A stretch of DNA of 64,000 nucleotides, taken from positions 1 to 64,000 of IMG/VR virus record IMGVR_UViG_3300037067_003221; one strand, written 5' to 3'. Below, one piece after another: positions 62,366 to 64,000 of this stretch (positions are counted from its first letter, which is position 1; each line of letters starts with the position of its first letter). The notes beneath the pieces were generated by a model. The model ran no database searches and had not been told where the DNA came from. It saw only the letters and a program-made list of their open reading frames with translations. A program made the position numbers and the translations under genes. This DNA is from a virus. Lineage: Duplodnaviria > Caudoviricetes.

Positions 62366-63625
62366 TTAGAATGGAGGGCTGTAAACATCGATAGGGTTGA
62401 TATGAAACGCATTGCCATTGCGACTGGCAACTTCGATGTAATACTCCCACAAGGCATTACCGATAATATCGTGCATCATTTCCATCTGCGCATCGGTATC
62501 GCCCATGAATTTTTCTCGCAAAGCATCAATACTGTACTGCTTTACGTAATCGATGAATCGTAAATGAATCATCACCCAGTTGTTAATCGCGGTTGCATCA
62601 AGACTTGCATCATGCAAACGTAACTCGACACTTCCATGAACCAAATAAGCCCGCCAATTGATGTACTCGAATCGATCACGTTCACCGACAAAATATTCCC
62701 AATCGGATTCGCTGTTAATACCAGCAACTTCGTCAGCTTCGTAATCCACCCGGCCACAGTAGCTATTGTGTGCCCTGTCCTCACTAACCAATTGCATCCA
62801 AAGGTTTTGAGTGAGCCGGTAGGCGTAGGCGATACTACGTAATGATTGCCAGTCCTCATTTTCAACGTCAAAGTGAGCATGATACCCACAATGGCGGCTT
62901 ACCCGCCACCGCATTCGGTTGGCCGTGGCGCAAAAGTCGATAACTTCGTCAAGGCCCTGATCGCCGTACAAAATAGGCGAAACAAATTCTTTCCCCTCGA
63001 TTGAGCAATCCGATTTACACTCCCAAATGGTGCCGCCACGGATACTCCGATGGTTTTCGCAGCGGGAGGTTTCCAATTCCACGCCAAAGCGGCGGGTTGA
63101 ACCGATTCGATCATAGGTGGGATTCTCGCAGACAAAATCACTCATGCCCCATTCAGGTTGGTTGACAGAGCATTCGTCGCAATACCCATCTTCGTTAAGA
63201 TCGTCACGATGGTAAGTGTTGCCGCAACCGTGGCAATTGGTAAAATTGTCGCTGTAGCAATCGGCACAATAAAATTGGTCACGATGCGTATAGCTATTGT
63301 GTCGGCGAACCGCCTCCCCACACTCCGCACAAGTCACAAAGTTCCGGCTGTAGCAGCGGGGGCAATAATCCCCGTCGGTAGTATGACGCATTGCCGTGCG
63401 ATTCGTTTCGGCACCGCAATCATCACAGCAATAGTGAAGATAATCGTAACATGCTTCGCAATAATGCCGCCCGTTTGCCGATACAATGTCCTCACAATAC
63501 ACAGGCTGAGCGCAACCCGCACAAGGTACAAAGTAGGCAGCCGCGCACTCCGGGCAGTAACTATGCCCGTTGTAGTCTAATGCGTCCCGCCGATCAAAAT
63601 TGCCCGAACAATGATAACAAATCAT
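62366..63625 (-). CDS. Putative amidoligase with 10 N-terminal CxxC motifs
   Basis: FGVELE, DCSI.G.EFVSPIL.G, CGYHAH, RF..IN, GSVELR. Confidence 0.8.
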   Translation of the reverse strand: MICYHCSGNFDRRDALDYNGHSYCPECAAAYFVPCAGCAQPVYCEDIVSANGRHYCEACYDYLHYCCDDCGAETNRTAMRHTTDGDYCPRCYSRNFVTCAECGEAVRRHNSYTHRDQFYCADCYSDNFTNCHGCGNTYHRDDLNEDGYCDECSVNQPEWGMSDFVCENPTYDRIGSTRRFGVELETSRCENHRSIRGGTIWECKSDCSIEGKEFVSPILYGDQGLDEVIDFCATANRMRWRVSRHCGYHAHFDVENEDWQSLRSIAYAYRLTQNLWMQLVSEDRAHNSYCGRVDYEADEVAGINSESDWEYFVGERDRFEYINWRAYLVHGSVELRLHDASLDATAINNWVMIHLRFIDYVKQYSIDALREKFMGDTDAQMEMMHDIIGNALWEYYIEVASRNGNAFHINPIDVYSPPF

Positions 63626-64000
63626 TTCCTAGTATCCTGCAAGTGAAAATTGAACTCTAAACAATTATACCATATTTTCGGCGGTTGTCAAATAAAATTT
63701 GCCCATTTTTACTTGATGCACACCCCGCCATTGAGAAGCGGCGGGCCTCCAAAAAATCGGCACATTCATTACATCCAGAGTTTCCCATAACATTTTCAAC
63801 CGCTCGCCCTGTCGCCCCCACTCGTTATTGTGGAAAACGATATGCACAGTTTCATTCTTCAAAGCCGAATGATCTTGCCGGGGCAACGATATGCTAAAAT
63901 TATCGATGTAGTTGTAGATTTCCACCACAACCGGCAATAAAATACGAGGAATAATCGCGCGGGTGTAGTGCTGCCGAATGGCAGTGCCCGAAAAATCCTG

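Larger units (their letters stand above)
35874..63691 (-). promoter_or_regulatory. About 25 sigma70-type early promoters, TTGAC(A/T)-N16-(T/C)ATA(A/C/G)T
   Basis: -10 boxes near 35874, 36962, 37776, 39169, 40308, 42079, 42135, 42954, 44581, 44972, 45876, 47143, 48116, 49688, 50739, 52613, 53610, 54946, 56316, 58212, 59615, 60836, 61936, 62205, 63664. Confidence 0.85.

Noticed and set aside
34259-63660. Long plus-strand Thr/Ile/Val-rich ORFs (e.g. 34259-34855, 38310-38819, 41347-42030, 63158-63580)
   Set aside because: Antisense shadows of Cys/Asp-rich minus-strand genes, with no RBS or promoter support
1-64000. Stop-codon reassignment suggested by the phage release factor
   Set aside because: Recognisable genes are full length in code 11 and TAA, TAG and TGA all terminate genes; no suppressor tRNA found in this window

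Overview
This is a 64-kb segment of a large dsDNA bacteriophage genome with no rRNA, CRISPR array or cellular housekeeping context. It has three blocks. (1) 1-6.0 kb, minus strand, AT-rich: late/virion genes (tail fibre, holin-like, TerS-like, basic micro-proteins). (2) 6.3-33.4 kb, plus strand: a dense operon of small ORFs plus nucleotide, sugar, RNA-repair and translation enzymes (HD phosphatase, deaminase, MazG-like, UXS+UGD, Pol-beta-type nucleotidyltransferase, Nudix, NADAR, truncated RF1, FkbM, HNH-RNA ligase, Thg1-like, peptide deformylase, HNH nucleases). (3) 34.4-64 kb, minus strand: an early/host-takeover-like region of short transcription units driven by about 25 near-consensus sigma70 promoters with 16-bp spacers, many leaderless, and punctuated by a dispersed inverted-repeat element. 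Block 3 encodes four Zn-finger amidoligase paralogues, a class II glutamine amidotransferase, six CxxCxxC-repeat proteins, two radical SAM enzymes, RtcB, a small alarmone hydrolase and three tRNAs. A ~1-kb non-coding stretch with two large palindromes sits at the convergent strand switch (33.4-34.4 kb). The most novel-looking signal is a set of tRNA-mimic non-coding RNAs, above all a 127-nt RNA built from three tandem D-hairpin/T-arm (tRNA elbow) modules co-transcribed with rtcB. All family calls come from motif recognition by eye; no database search or folding program was run.
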